A stretch of 29,764 nt of DNA from a virus (taxonomy: Duplodnaviria; Caudoviricetes). A program made the position numbers and the translations under genes. Under the pieces are notes generated by a model. It was not told the DNA's origin. It did not search any database and worked only from the letters and a program-made list of their open reading frames with translations. Each line of letters begins with the position of its first letter. Within the stretch, counting starts at the first letter, position 1. This document shows, piece by piece, positions 15,914-24,280 of the stretch. The stretch is from the IMG/VR virus record IMGVR_UViG_3300035701_000195, positions 1-29,764 of that record. One strand, given 5' to 3'.

Positions 15914-17033
15914 GATCCCATGCCTCTATCGCATCCATTATCGTTTCCCTTTCATCCTGCCCGATCCACCATCCTACCGGGATACACACCTTATGCGAAT
16001 CGAACTCATCTACACCCGGGAGCGAGCCCCCGCGTGCGCCCGCGAAGCAGGTATGTTTATCGTTTCGGGCGTGAACCTGCGATACCTGAACTCCGCCCTT
16101 TGTCATCCAATCCATGAAGGAAGGCCTGTCATCGACCAGGATCGTATAGAGCCAATAGGATGATATCCGGTTCGGCTTGTATGCGAGCGGGCGGGCGTGC
16201 CTTATGCCCCGTGCCTCAAACTCCGAGCCATACCATGCGGCGTTCAGCCGATGTACCGCCAGCGTTTCGGGGAGCGTCTTGAGGCCCTCGATGCCGATGG
16301 TTGCGGCGATATCATTCATGTGGAATTTATATCCGAATTCGGCGATGTTATCTTCGCATCGGAAGTCCGTGCGCGGCGTATCGCGGTCTATGCCGTACCA
16401 ACGGATAAGTCGGCCCCGGCGATAATGGAGTTCAGCCATCGCCGCGCTCCCGCCGGCCAGCGTCAATGCCCCGCCGTCCACCGTCGTCAGATGCTTAATC
16501 GCCTGGAACGAGAAGCATGTAAACATGCTGATGCTCCCGATCCGTGCGCCCTTATATGAGGCCCCGATGGCGTGGCAGGCGTCCTCAATAAGATAGATGC
16601 CATTTGCTTCGGCTATATCCATGAGCCTTTCGAGATCGCATGGGTAACCGCCCCAATCGACGCAGATGATAGCCCGCGTCTTGGGCGTTATCTTGCGTTC
16701 CACATCATCCGGATCGATATTGGCATCATGCGGATTGATGTCGGCCCAAACGATATCCGCTCCCCGCTCCAGGATGGGCATATTCGAGGCCGTGCAGGTC
16801 ATGGGCGTGCAGATGACCTCATGCCCGGGTCCGACGCCCGCAAGCCGGGCCGCGAGATGGATTGCCGATGTTCCGCTATTCGTGGTCAGGACTCGGTTGT
16901 TCTGGAACTCGTCGGCCAGAAGGCGCTCGAATATATCGACCTTCTGTCCCTGCCCGATGTAACCCGAATGAAGTACGTCAAGGAGTGGGCCGTCAATGAA
17001 CGGCGGCATTCTAACCTTGAAAAGCGTTATCAA
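15900..17033 (-). CDS. DegT/DnrJ/EryC1/StrS PLP-dependent nucleotide-sugar aminotransferase (377 aa)
   Basis: NSGTSAIHLA, IEDACHA, FSFQAIKHLTTVDGG (PLP lysine) and GYKFHMNDIAATIG. Confidence 0.93.
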   Translation of the reverse strand: MITLFKVRMPPFIDGPLLDVLHSGYIGQGQKVDIFERLLADEFQNNRVLTTNSGTSAIHLAARLAGVGPGHEVICTPMTCTASNMPILERGADIVWADINPHDANIDPDDVERKITPKTRAIICVDWGGYPCDLERLMDIAEANGIYLIEDACHAIGASYKGARIGSISMFTCFSFQAIKHLTTVDGGALTLAGGSAAMAELHYRRGRLIRWYGIDRDTPRTDFRCEDNIAEFGYKFHMNDIAATIGIEGLKTLPETLAVHRLNAAWYGSEFEARGIRHARPLAYKPNRISSYWLYTILVDDRPSFMDWMTKGGVQVSQVHARNDKHTCFAGARGGSLPGVDEFDSHKVCIPVGWWIGQDERETIMDAIEAWDHVRG

Positions 17034-17521
17034 ACTTTTTCATCCTTTCCCATGATCTTGCCGATCTCCGCGCCGACTTCGCCTTCGTGCTGGAGATAGG
17101 CTTTAGTAAGATAAAATTTGCCTTCAACAATCGTTCCAACCCCTAGTCCCATTCCCGCGAATGAATCCGCGCCTTGCTTCGATCCTGCCACGTGACCATA
17201 TTCGACATGTATGGCATATTTCACGTTGGTTCCCACGACAACGACGAGCCCTTGCGGCCCCTGCGGTTCACCAACGCCATCGTCGGCCTGCGCCTTGCCG
17301 CCCGTTCGTCCCCGAGACTTTCCGCTTCCGGACCAATTAGTTGAAAGAGAAGAACGGAGACGACCCGTTTTCACGGGACAAAAAATCTTAGCATCTCTTT
17401 CGACCTCGAATCCGATCTTCTTTAGCGTATCCTCACAAGCCTGGCGCTTGATGATTTGCCACTTCTTGAGGCTCGCCAGCGTCTTCTCGATGCCCTCGAC
17501 CTTGACGTTTATGGTGCTCAT
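17030..17521 (-). CDS. HK97 gp10-family tail completion/neck protein (163 aa)
   Basis: AKIFCPVKTGRLRSS and VGTNVKYAIHVEYGH motifs. Confidence 0.9.
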   Translation of the reverse strand: MSTINVKVEGIEKTLASLKKWQIIKRQACEDTLKKIGFEVERDAKIFCPVKTGRLRSSLSTNWSGSGKSRGRTGGKAQADDGVGEPQGPQGLVVVVGTNVKYAIHVEYGHVAGSKQGADSFAGMGLGVGTIVEGKFYLTKAYLQHEGEVGAEIGKIMGKDEKV

Positions 17522-17522
17522 T

Positions 17523-17876
17523 TCAATCCCATAGGTTGAAAAAGAACTCCCGGAATAGGTCTAGGCATTCCTCGACGTAGGTTATCTCTTCCTGCGAGAA
17601 TTCGTCCCAGTCCGGCGCCGTCATCCGCTCGAAACCGTCGGCTATCTTAAAGAGAACGGCAATCCACAGTTCATCGCCGTCCTCACCGTCGAACGCCGAC
17701 GGATAGCCGGACGTATTCTCGGCCATATACAGGAGCCTTGGGGTCAAGAATCGGGCCACGGCATCATTCAGGTCCCACGTATCCTCGCGGGAAAAGCCAT
17801 GCCGTAGCCGGAAAACGATACTCCGGATGTAATACGGGATATTTCGGACGAACCGCCGAATACGCCAGAACATCAC
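17523..17876 (-). CDS. Conserved phage hypothetical protein (117 aa)
   Basis: Coupled to the head-closure gene. The D.W.L...LA..I.P.L....GYP...W...L...F...LF...F..LWD pattern recurs in phage hypothetical proteins. Confidence 0.7.
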   Translation of the reverse strand: MMFWRIRRFVRNIPYYIRSIVFRLRHGFSREDTWDLNDAVARFLTPRLLYMAENTSGYPSAFDGEDGDELWIAVLFKIADGFERMTAPDWDEFSQEEITYVEECLDLFREFFFNLWD

Positions 17877-18208
17877 TCCCCCCGCCCGATCTCCAGCACG
17901 GCCAACTTGAGATACTTGCTGACCTCATCCCAATCCTGAATGAGCTTTACATCGAAGGCCCGGGTCCCCAGGTAAAGCCTATCCCCCTCGGCGATATCGC
18001 TCAGGTGTTCCATGAATACGAAATAATTGGCAAAGACGGTCGCCTTGTCATAAGTGAGCATCGCTTCTTTCGATCCCAACGCCTGGAATCGGCACTTGAT
18101 GCGGTAATGCAGGACGGTCCAGGCAGATGTATAGCCGCCCTGCCCGTCGGCGGTCTGCGTCTCACGTTGGATATTCACGGTGCTGTTGAGAAGCGACGCG
18201 AAACTCAT
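17873..18208 (-). CDS. Head closure / head-tail adaptor (SPP1 gp16/HK97 gp7-like, 111 aa)
   Basis: VNIQR....DGQGGYTSAW motif; size and position fit. Confidence 0.88.
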   Translation of the reverse strand: MSFASLLNSTVNIQRETQTADGQGGYTSAWTVLHYRIKCRFQALGSKEAMLTYDKATVFANYFVFMEHLSDIAEGDRLYLGTRAFDVKLIQDWDEVSKYLKLAVLEIGRGE

Positions 18209-18381
18209 ATCCCCTCCCCGTTATAATCCTTGAGATCGATTATCGTATCGGAATCCTTTTCGTGAAGTTCCATCTCATCCAAGACGGACAGAAGCCAGGT
18301 AATGCAGTCGGACAAGTCCTGCCGCGATGATATGGCGGCATAGCGGGGAGCATCCGGGCCTCGATAATCGATAACGATCAT
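18205..18381 (-). CDS. Small hypothetical protein (58 aa; not in the ORF track)
   Basis: MIVIDYRGPDAPRYAAISSRQDLSDCITWLLSVLDEMELHEKDSDTIIDLKDYNGEGI exactly fills the gap, with TAATG and ATGA overlaps. Confidence 0.65.
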   Translation of the reverse strand: MIVIDYRGPDAPRYAAISSRQDLSDCITWLLSVLDEMELHEKDSDTIIDLKDYNGEGI

Positions 18382-19223
18382 TAGACGATCCGTTGCCGGT
18401 AGAGGTCTATATCCGCCCGGAGGTCTTCAGGTACGGAACTTGCCATATCCCGAAGGGTATAACTGTAGTCGCCCATGCTCTCGGACTTGATCGACATGTC
18501 TTGACTCTTCTGGTTATAGCGATAAGCCACGAGCAGGACGCACGCTTCCTCAAGCGCATAGGGAACGGTTGTGTAGCCCGCCGTGTAATCGACGAAGTAT
18601 TCCTCACCCCGCACCCATCCGCCGGAGCGATAAAGGATGCCGTAGTTCCGGTCCTCTGAAGGCGAGATGAGATAGTAGTCCGTCAATTCATCATTCGGGA
18701 TTTCGCAGTATGCCGATGTCGGGGATTTGCAATACATCCCGGGCCGGATGAGGAGGTCCGTCGCCTTGCGCGTTCCATGCGTAGAATCGAGAAGCGTTGC
18801 CGTCCACCCGGCGATAAGATTGAGCGCCGCGATGAGAAGATTGATCGTAGCTGAACTTGCAAGCGTCAGCGATGTCGCCACCGCTCCGTCTGCCGAATAC
18901 TTGAGCGCCGAAGATGTTATCTCGATTGTCGCATGGTTTGTCGCCGCGGTATTCGTGACGGAGAAGGCATTCGTCCGCCCAACGGAGACGCGGCTGATCG
19001 TCGTCGCCGGATACTGGTCAAGGCGAAGGCTCGCCCCGCCCGTCCCGTAGTATATCTCCCGCGTGTAGGTGCGAGTTTTTAGTTTTCTGTTACAATACCG
19101 CTCCAGATATCCGCTCGCTCTTTCGATGAGCGATTCGAGGAGCGTGTCGGAATTCTCGTCGGTAATCCCGAGATAGAGTTTCGCCTGGGCCAGCGTGATT
19201 AGTGCCGCAGATGATAGCGCCAT
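18381..19223 (-). CDS. Head-tail connector (HK97 gp6/SPP1 gp15-like) with a large insertion (280 aa)
   Basis: LITLAQAKLYLGI, LIERASGYLERYCNR, YTAGYTTVPYALEEAC and SESMGDYSYT motifs. Start re-placed at ATG 19223 behind gaggtgg. Confidence 0.88.
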   Translation of the reverse strand: MALSSAALITLAQAKLYLGITDENSDTLLESLIERASGYLERYCNRKLKTRTYTREIYYGTGGASLRLDQYPATTISRVSVGRTNAFSVTNTAATNHATIEITSSALKYSADGAVATSLTLASSATINLLIAALNLIAGWTATLLDSTHGTRKATDLLIRPGMYCKSPTSAYCEIPNDELTDYYLISPSEDRNYGILYRSGGWVRGEEYFVDYTAGYTTVPYALEEACVLLVAYRYNQKSQDMSIKSESMGDYSYTLRDMASSVPEDLRADIDLYRQRIV

Positions 19224-19233
19224 GGTCCACCTC

Positions 19234-19524
19234 TTAGATGACGCGCACGAGGAGCGCATCCTTGTTGGGATTATTGAAAGTCTTGCCGCCCGACGTAACG
19301 ACCTTGAACAGCACCACGTATTCGACCCCGGCCGTTCCGCCGGAGATGAAGGTGCTGACTTCGGGGCTGGCGACGGTCACGGCGCTGAGCGTCAGGCCCG
19401 TAGGCGTCACGGCAACGGTCGTTGATGCCAGGATCGTTTCCCCGGTCGCCAGGTCGGGCGATATATATGTCAAGCCGATAGGGAATGTCTCGGATACCGC
19501 TTTTTCTACAACCTCTATGGCCAT
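19234..19524 (-). CDS. Small Ig-like virion protein, fibre-adaptor-like (96 aa)
   Basis: L..GETI......ISGGTAGVEY.V...V.TSGG pattern of small phage adaptor proteins; RBS gagagg. Confidence 0.6.
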   Translation of the reverse strand: MAIEVVEKAVSETFPIGLTYISPDLATGETILASTTVAVTPTGLTLSAVTVASPEVSTFISGGTAGVEYVVLFKVVTSGGKTFNNPNKDALLVRVI

Positions 19525-19526
19525 GG

Positions 19527-19748
19527 TTAACCTCTCTCTATCGCATCAAAAATGCGGTTCCGTGGGGTTGCTTCAAAAATTCTACCCCTCACCTCGGCGT
19601 TGAAAATTCTGTTCCTTACCTCGGCATCGAATATCCGGTTCCGGACGATGGCGTTGAAGATGCGATTCCGGGGAATAACGTTGAAGAGGATCGGGTATAT
19701 CTTGGTGCTGACAAGGATGGCCCGGATGATACTTACGATTGTCGGCAT
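19527..19748 (-). CDS. Small protein with 9-aa tandem repeats RNRIF[ND]A.. (73 aa)
   Basis: Five repeat units with synonymous codon divergence; fills the gap between adjacent genes. Confidence 0.75.
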   Translation of the reverse strand: MPTIVSIIRAILVSTKIYPILFNVIPRNRIFNAIVRNRIFDAEVRNRIFNAEVRGRIFEATPRNRIFDAIERG

Positions 19749-19749
19749 G

Positions 19750-20547
19750 TCACATCACCATGATTACCTGTTGCACATAGGCTACGGCGCCGCCGCCGGG
19801 CTTACTGGCCGTGGAACGTAGACGAAGATTCTCCGGGGTTCCGGTTTCGTTCTTATTCGCCAATGAACGCAAACTCAGGTCTTCGGTTGTCCAGCCGCCC
19901 ATCGGACCGGCTCCACTAACAGGATTCAACGCTACCGCATGACCGCTACTAACGGCGGATGTAAAAGAACTTAATGCATGAGCATCGATAGTACCCGTGC
20001 CTATTTTTCTCCCGCTAAAACAGGCTAACGCACAATATGAACTATAGGCAACGGCATAACCATATAAAATAGTGCAGGCAGGATCGGTCCCGGAACAGGC
20101 GGTGGCTACTCCTCCCGCAGCATTGCTGCCGATAATAAGGACTTCGCACCAAGTGGCAACGGATGGAACCGGGACGGATATCGAAGTCCCGGCGTCATTA
20201 ATCTGCTGATCGGCTGCATTTATCGGGTTGGATGTATCAACATTAAGCCAGGCTCCAATTTCTCCCAGGTTGCGTCCTGTTGCGCCGAGGGTAAAAGTAA
20301 AAGTGCCGGCGGCAATGTCGGCCGCATCTGCAAACTTATAGAATAGGGCCGAGCGGGAACTTGCCGTATTGGACTGTGCGCCGACGATAGTCCATTTTGC
20401 CGGCGGGGTGATGGTTCCGGCCATGTCTTTATTTACGACGTGCGCCAGCATGAAGTCACCGATGGCCAAGCCCGCAGGTTTCGTGATAACACAGTTTGAA
20501 GAATTGGCCCCCGGGCTGGTTCCGACGGACCGCAATAAGACTACCAA
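19750..20547 (-). CDS. Putative virion structural/fibre protein, beta-sandwich (265 aa)
   Basis: ITKPAGLAIGDFMLAHV...TPPAKWT pattern of phage minor structural domains; TTG start 1 nt after the upstream stop. Confidence 0.6.
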   Translation of the reverse strand: MVVLLRSVGTSPGANSSNCVITKPAGLAIGDFMLAHVVNKDMAGTITPPAKWTIVGAQSNTASSRSALFYKFADAADIAAGTFTFTLGATGRNLGEIGAWLNVDTSNPINAADQQINDAGTSISVPVPSVATWCEVLIIGSNAAGGVATACSGTDPACTILYGYAVAYSSYCALACFSGRKIGTGTIDAHALSSFTSAVSSGHAVALNPVSGAGPMGGWTTEDLSLRSLANKNETGTPENLRLRSTASKPGGGAVAYVQQVIMVM

Positions 20548-20548
20548 G

Positions 20549-22084
20549 TTAGACCGCCGTTACCGTCCTGTCCGTTACATCCATAACCGGCGTTGCCCCG
20601 CCCTTGAAAGCCACGACAAAATAGGCCGAGCCGGGAAATACCGCGAAGGAATAGGCCCCGGTGACGGAGTTACTTTCTTGATAGGCGATATATGTCGCAG
20701 TATCGGTTCCATTGTCACGGAATAAATAGACATCGCATGAACCGAGCGCGACCCCGGCGTTGTCTTTGGTTATCCCGGCAACGGTGACGGATTCACCGCC
20801 CGCCTCCGGTATGATACGCCCGTGTCCTAAATCATTAGACCAATTAAAGCAAGTAGTTATAACGCCCGTATCACTAAATATGCATTGTCCCAGCGAACTA
20901 TCTATTCTGGTCGGATTCACCTGAACGATACTTTGTGTTGCCCCATAACCAAGTGTGATAATAGCCTTAATGGCACCATCCGCAGATGTATATGTGTATT
21001 TGTAAGACGGCGCACCCGGGAGGGGGGCGGTAATCGCGGTAGTAATGGTATATGTGACAGCTTCTTCAAAGGTGAAGGTCCGCGTTATCGTAACGACTGT
21101 ATGGGTAAGCGTCCCGACAGTAAACCCCGATGTCCCATCGAAAGTAACGCTGGCATTCGCTATCGTAAAGGTACCCGTCACTGTCAACAAGGAATTAAGA
21201 GTAAGCGTTATGGCAGAAGTTCCCGTGAGGGTAATGTTATTCCAACCTATCGGGTCGGTATCCAGGGTGCAGGAACTTGCAATAGAAAGCGTAGAACCCG
21301 TAGTGGTAATTGTACCCGACGAATGGGTAAGCGTTGGGGTTCCACTTGCCGCAAAGTAAAAAATTGCAGCAGCTAGGGTAACATCGCCAGCAAAGGTAAT
21401 GCTATTTGAAATGGCGGCGGCGCTTGCGGTTAGTGTGCCACCCGTGAGGACTATTGTCGTTGTTCCCGTTAATGCCCCGACAGATATCGTAATTCCACCT
21501 GTATTCCAATTATATAACCCATCCAAAACGGTTTGTGTAGCGATGGTCGTTAATCCAGAAATCGTGACATCGTGCACAATGGTAACGGTTTGTGTTGCAC
21601 TAATGCTACAGGTAGCGGCATAAATATGGAAATCCCCGGAGAATGTTGTACTTGTTGCATTGATAAGTTGTAGGTCGCCCGAGATTGTTAGGTCATCCGC
21701 TAATATGACGGTACCCGACGTGAAGTTGCCGATCGTAACCGGCACCCCAATCGTATTGCCGTTAGTAGTCCACGTTCCGGCAGCGAGCATAATCAAGGCC
21801 GCAGTCCCTGCCCATTGCACCCCCGAACCAATGGTAATACTCCCAGACACGCTTAACCCATAAGTAAACGTCAGGGTGTGGGTATACGCGGTAGCGGTAA
21901 GGGTTTTACATACCTTATTAGTTGAATTGAGAGTACAGTCGGGACTCCCGGCATCGAAGAAAACATCCTCAGCCGCAGATGGTACGGCCTGCCCACCCGC
22001 TCCGCCTTCGGTCAGAGACCAGTTGGCCGTAAGACTCCAGTTAAGGGCGCCGCCACCGTTTATGAAATGTCTTTCTCCAGCCAT
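20549..22084 (-). CDS. Thr-rich beta-helix-like virion fibre/adhesin with a C-terminal prealbumin-like domain (511 aa)
   Basis: NWS.T.GGAGG..VP...EDVFFD N-terminus, repeated T-x-T-hydrophobic strands, and C-terminal TKDNAG..LG...VYLFR; RBS gagga. Confidence 0.65.
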   Translation of the reverse strand: MAGERHFINGGGALNWSLTANWSLTEGGAGGQAVPSAAEDVFFDAGSPDCTLNSTNKVCKTLTATAYTHTLTFTYGLSVSGSITIGSGVQWAGTAALIMLAAGTWTTNGNTIGVPVTIGNFTSGTVILADDLTISGDLQLINATSTTFSGDFHIYAATCSISATQTVTIVHDVTISGLTTIATQTVLDGLYNWNTGGITISVGALTGTTTIVLTGGTLTASAAAISNSITFAGDVTLAAAIFYFAASGTPTLTHSSGTITTTGSTLSIASSCTLDTDPIGWNNITLTGTSAITLTLNSLLTVTGTFTIANASVTFDGTSGFTVGTLTHTVVTITRTFTFEEAVTYTITTAITAPLPGAPSYKYTYTSADGAIKAIITLGYGATQSIVQVNPTRIDSSLGQCIFSDTGVITTCFNWSNDLGHGRIIPEAGGESVTVAGITKDNAGVALGSCDVYLFRDNGTDTATYIAYQESNSVTGAYSFAVFPGSAYFVVAFKGGATPVMDVTDRTVTAV

Positions 22085-22093
22085 GTTGTCCTC

Positions 22094-22624
22094 TTATGCC
22101 GCCTTGAACGAAAGCCGGATCTCCATGCCCTTCGCCCCGCTTGCCGCCGCGTCGATGTCTATGGCGATTTCCTCTCCCGTAGCCACCCCATCATTCGCTG
22201 TGCTGATTACCGCCGCGCTTGCCGCCGCCGCCGTAGCCGTATCTTTCTCCGTCACGTCCCATTCCAGAATCTTGGCCGCAGACAGCATATCCACCGACGA
22301 CGTTACGTTCCGAATCATGACGCCGACCACGCCTGATGTCGCCGCCGTATAGAGATGCCCGCCGCAGGAAACAAGGTTCATCCCATTGAGAGATGCGGGA
22401 ACCGTGAAGTACATCTTCCCGTTACCCGATGCTATGGCCGATGCCTCGTTATAAACCTTCAGGATGACCGTCTTGGTATCCCATGCAGCAGACCGAGCCG
22501 TGATCTTCGATAGGGCGTTACTGGCCGCATCGGAAACGACGGCCACCCTGGACAATGCGTCCGAGGCCGCATCTGAAGATGTTGCTATGTCGGCAGGCTT
22601 GAATGTTGCGCTCGTGTCAGCCAT
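22094..22624 (-). CDS. Fibre-like protein: Ser/Ala-rich N-terminus plus beta-sandwich C-terminal domain (176 aa)
   Basis: Start re-placed at MADTSATFKPADIAT (ATG 22624) by homology with 24281..24784. C-terminal G.G..YFTVP..L.G.NL...DMLS...TGEEIAIDID...GAKG domain. Confidence 0.65.
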   Translation of the reverse strand: MADTSATFKPADIATSSDAASDALSRVAVVSDAASNALSKITARSAAWDTKTVILKVYNEASAIASGNGKMYFTVPASLNGMNLVSCGGHLYTAATSGVVGVMIRNVTSSVDMLSAAKILEWDVTEKDTATAAAASAAVISTANDGVATGEEIAIDIDAAASGAKGMEIRLSFKAA

Positions 22625-22625
22625 T

Positions 22626-23219
22626 TTATTTCCCCATCCCAAACCCGTCGGTTATGTCTTTAATGTTATCCCGACCCCGCTTTACGATTATCCCGATCCC
22701 CAATTCGCACCATCCGTTCGCCCATGCCCCGATAGAAATAAATGAGATATCGGGATTCTCTTTTTCACTCGCCTGGATATCCGTCCATAGTTGAGCTATT
22801 TCCTTTTCGTGGCTTATATCGTGGAATGCAATTATATCCGTCGCCAATGGGCCATAGACCAGGTAATCCGCAAGGGCGTCCACATAGGTGTGTGTGGCAT
22901 CGATGAACAGAATGTTTATCTTCCTGTCGCCGAGCAACGCCTTGAGTTTCCTTAGCGTTTCGGGCGCGTGCGTATTGCCGAGAATGTCGGGTTTTGAACA
23001 CTTGTCGCTCACGTCTATCCCGACATGGGTCGCATCAAGGAACCGCTCATAGTGCGCCTTCTGCCGCCCATGTTGTGCACCCAGTTCTACGATGACCGGA
23101 TTTGTAAGACAATGTTTTACGCAGTACGCCTGCACAAATTGCAGGTATGCCTTCCACTCTCCGAAAATCTGGTTCGGTCCCGTGAACGAAAGAACCTCAG
23201 CCTCCGTAACCTTAATCAC
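22626..23219 (-). CDS. Class I SAM-dependent methyltransferase (Methyltransf_24-like, 197 aa), paralogue of 13319..13861
   Basis: IVELG, PDILGNTHAPET, ILFIDATHTY and IIAFHDI motifs. Confidence 0.82.
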   Translation of the reverse strand: MIKVTEAEVLSFTGPNQIFGEWKAYLQFVQAYCVKHCLTNPVIVELGAQHGRQKAHYERFLDATHVGIDVSDKCSKPDILGNTHAPETLRKLKALLGDRKINILFIDATHTYVDALADYLVYGPLATDIIAFHDISHEKEIAQLWTDIQASEKENPDISFISIGAWANGWCELGIGIIVKRGRDNIKDITDGFGMGK

Positions 23220-24256
23220 TCTTTTTTCTCCAGGAGTTTCGCGTACAAATCAACGTACTTCTTGACTTCCTTCTCCCTATCAAAGTTGTCTTTGGCGTAT
23301 TGAAGCGTCTGTTGCCTGAGAACGCTTCCCTCTTTGGTCAATGCCTTCCAGCACTTCTCTACCTGATCGGCAATAGAATCCAGGTCCCAAATCTTTGCAT
23401 GATATGACGTATAGTCGCCCGCATAACTAATGACGGGGACGCCCATCGCCATCATCTCCATTGTGACGCGACTGGCAATCCCGCTGATGTTATTATTGAA
23501 CCCAATGTCCGCACCCTTCATAAAGGGACGCAGGTTGTTATTCTCAAGCTGAATGTTCTCACAGAGGTTTTCCAAATTCCGTTCCTTGCTCCGGCAGAAC
23601 ATGTTCCGATACGTCGATATCGGCTCCAGCGACAGGCTGAACAGGTTCAGTCGCGCCTCCGGTATCCGCTTAACAATCCTCGGCATCGCCCAAATAATAT
23701 GGGACGGCAACTTCTCCATCCTCAGAACGTCGCATGACATAATTGCCGGATGATTGATGTATTTCCAGGTCATCTCTTCGCCCTGATACCGCTCCAGATC
23801 AATCGAGTTTGGGATATAGTGAATCCTGCCATGCTCATCGTAGAGTTCCAGGATATCAAACTCATGTTTATTGAGGACAACCGTCGCATCATATTTCCAG
23901 AGGATGTTAATGTGCAGGTTAAACGATTCGTCCTTCCGATTCGACACCCATTCCTTTAAGAGCATGTGTTCGTTCGGCCCGTGCAGGACGGCGACGAACT
24001 TCGGCCCCTTCAGGTTCCTGATTTCGCCGGGAATGGCGGCGTGTAAAACGTGGATGTCGGCTTTCTTGGCCGCCTCCCAAGAAATGGGGGAGAGCCAGCC
24101 ATCGTCGGTGGCGACCCTCCCCTCTTTTTGTTTGTCGTTTGGTTCGGCAAGGTCGGATTGAAGCCCCGCTTTCCGCTCATATTTGATTTGGTCTTTGACA
24201 GACTCGTACATTCCCGATTGTCTTGGACACCATGATGTCCAATGGACTACTTGCAT
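23216..24256 (-). CDS. Glycosyltransferase family 4 (GT-B, 346 aa)
   Basis: SG near the N-terminus, HG, YIPNSIDLERY, R.EK, MEMMAMGVPVIS and a terminal F.......YVDLY helix; RBS aggagg. Confidence 0.88.
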   Translation of the reverse strand: MQVVHWTSWCPRQSGMYESVKDQIKYERKAGLQSDLAEPNDKQKEGRVATDDGWLSPISWEAAKKADIHVLHAAIPGEIRNLKGPKFVAVLHGPNEHMLLKEWVSNRKDESFNLHINILWKYDATVVLNKHEFDILELYDEHGRIHYIPNSIDLERYQGEEMTWKYINHPAIMSCDVLRMEKLPSHIIWAMPRIVKRIPEARLNLFSLSLEPISTYRNMFCRSKERNLENLCENIQLENNNLRPFMKGADIGFNNNISGIASRVTMEMMAMGVPVISYAGDYTSYHAKIWDLDSIADQVEKCWKALTKEGSVLRQQTLQYAKDNFDREKEVKKYVDLYAKLLEKKE

Positions 24257-24280
24257 ATCCGACCCTCCTTTGACGATAAA

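Noticed and set aside
7848-17033. Cassette as a host chromosomal LPS/capsule locus or misassembly
   Set aside because: Both ends are tightly joined to phage genes (4-nt overlap with gp10; 9 nt from the tail terminator), paralogous enzymes occur elsewhere in the operon, and no wzx/wzy/ABC export genes are present. Read mapping would settle it.
19530-19700. 27-nt periodic repeat as a possible CRISPR array
   Set aside because: There are no spacers, the repeats are degenerate at third codon positions, and no cas genes are present; it is a protein repeat.
20549-22084. About nine N-X-S/T sequons in the 511-aa protein as evidence of N-glycosylation
   Set aside because: The protein is very Ser/Thr-rich, so this count is near chance expectation, and no N-glycosyltransferase was recognised.
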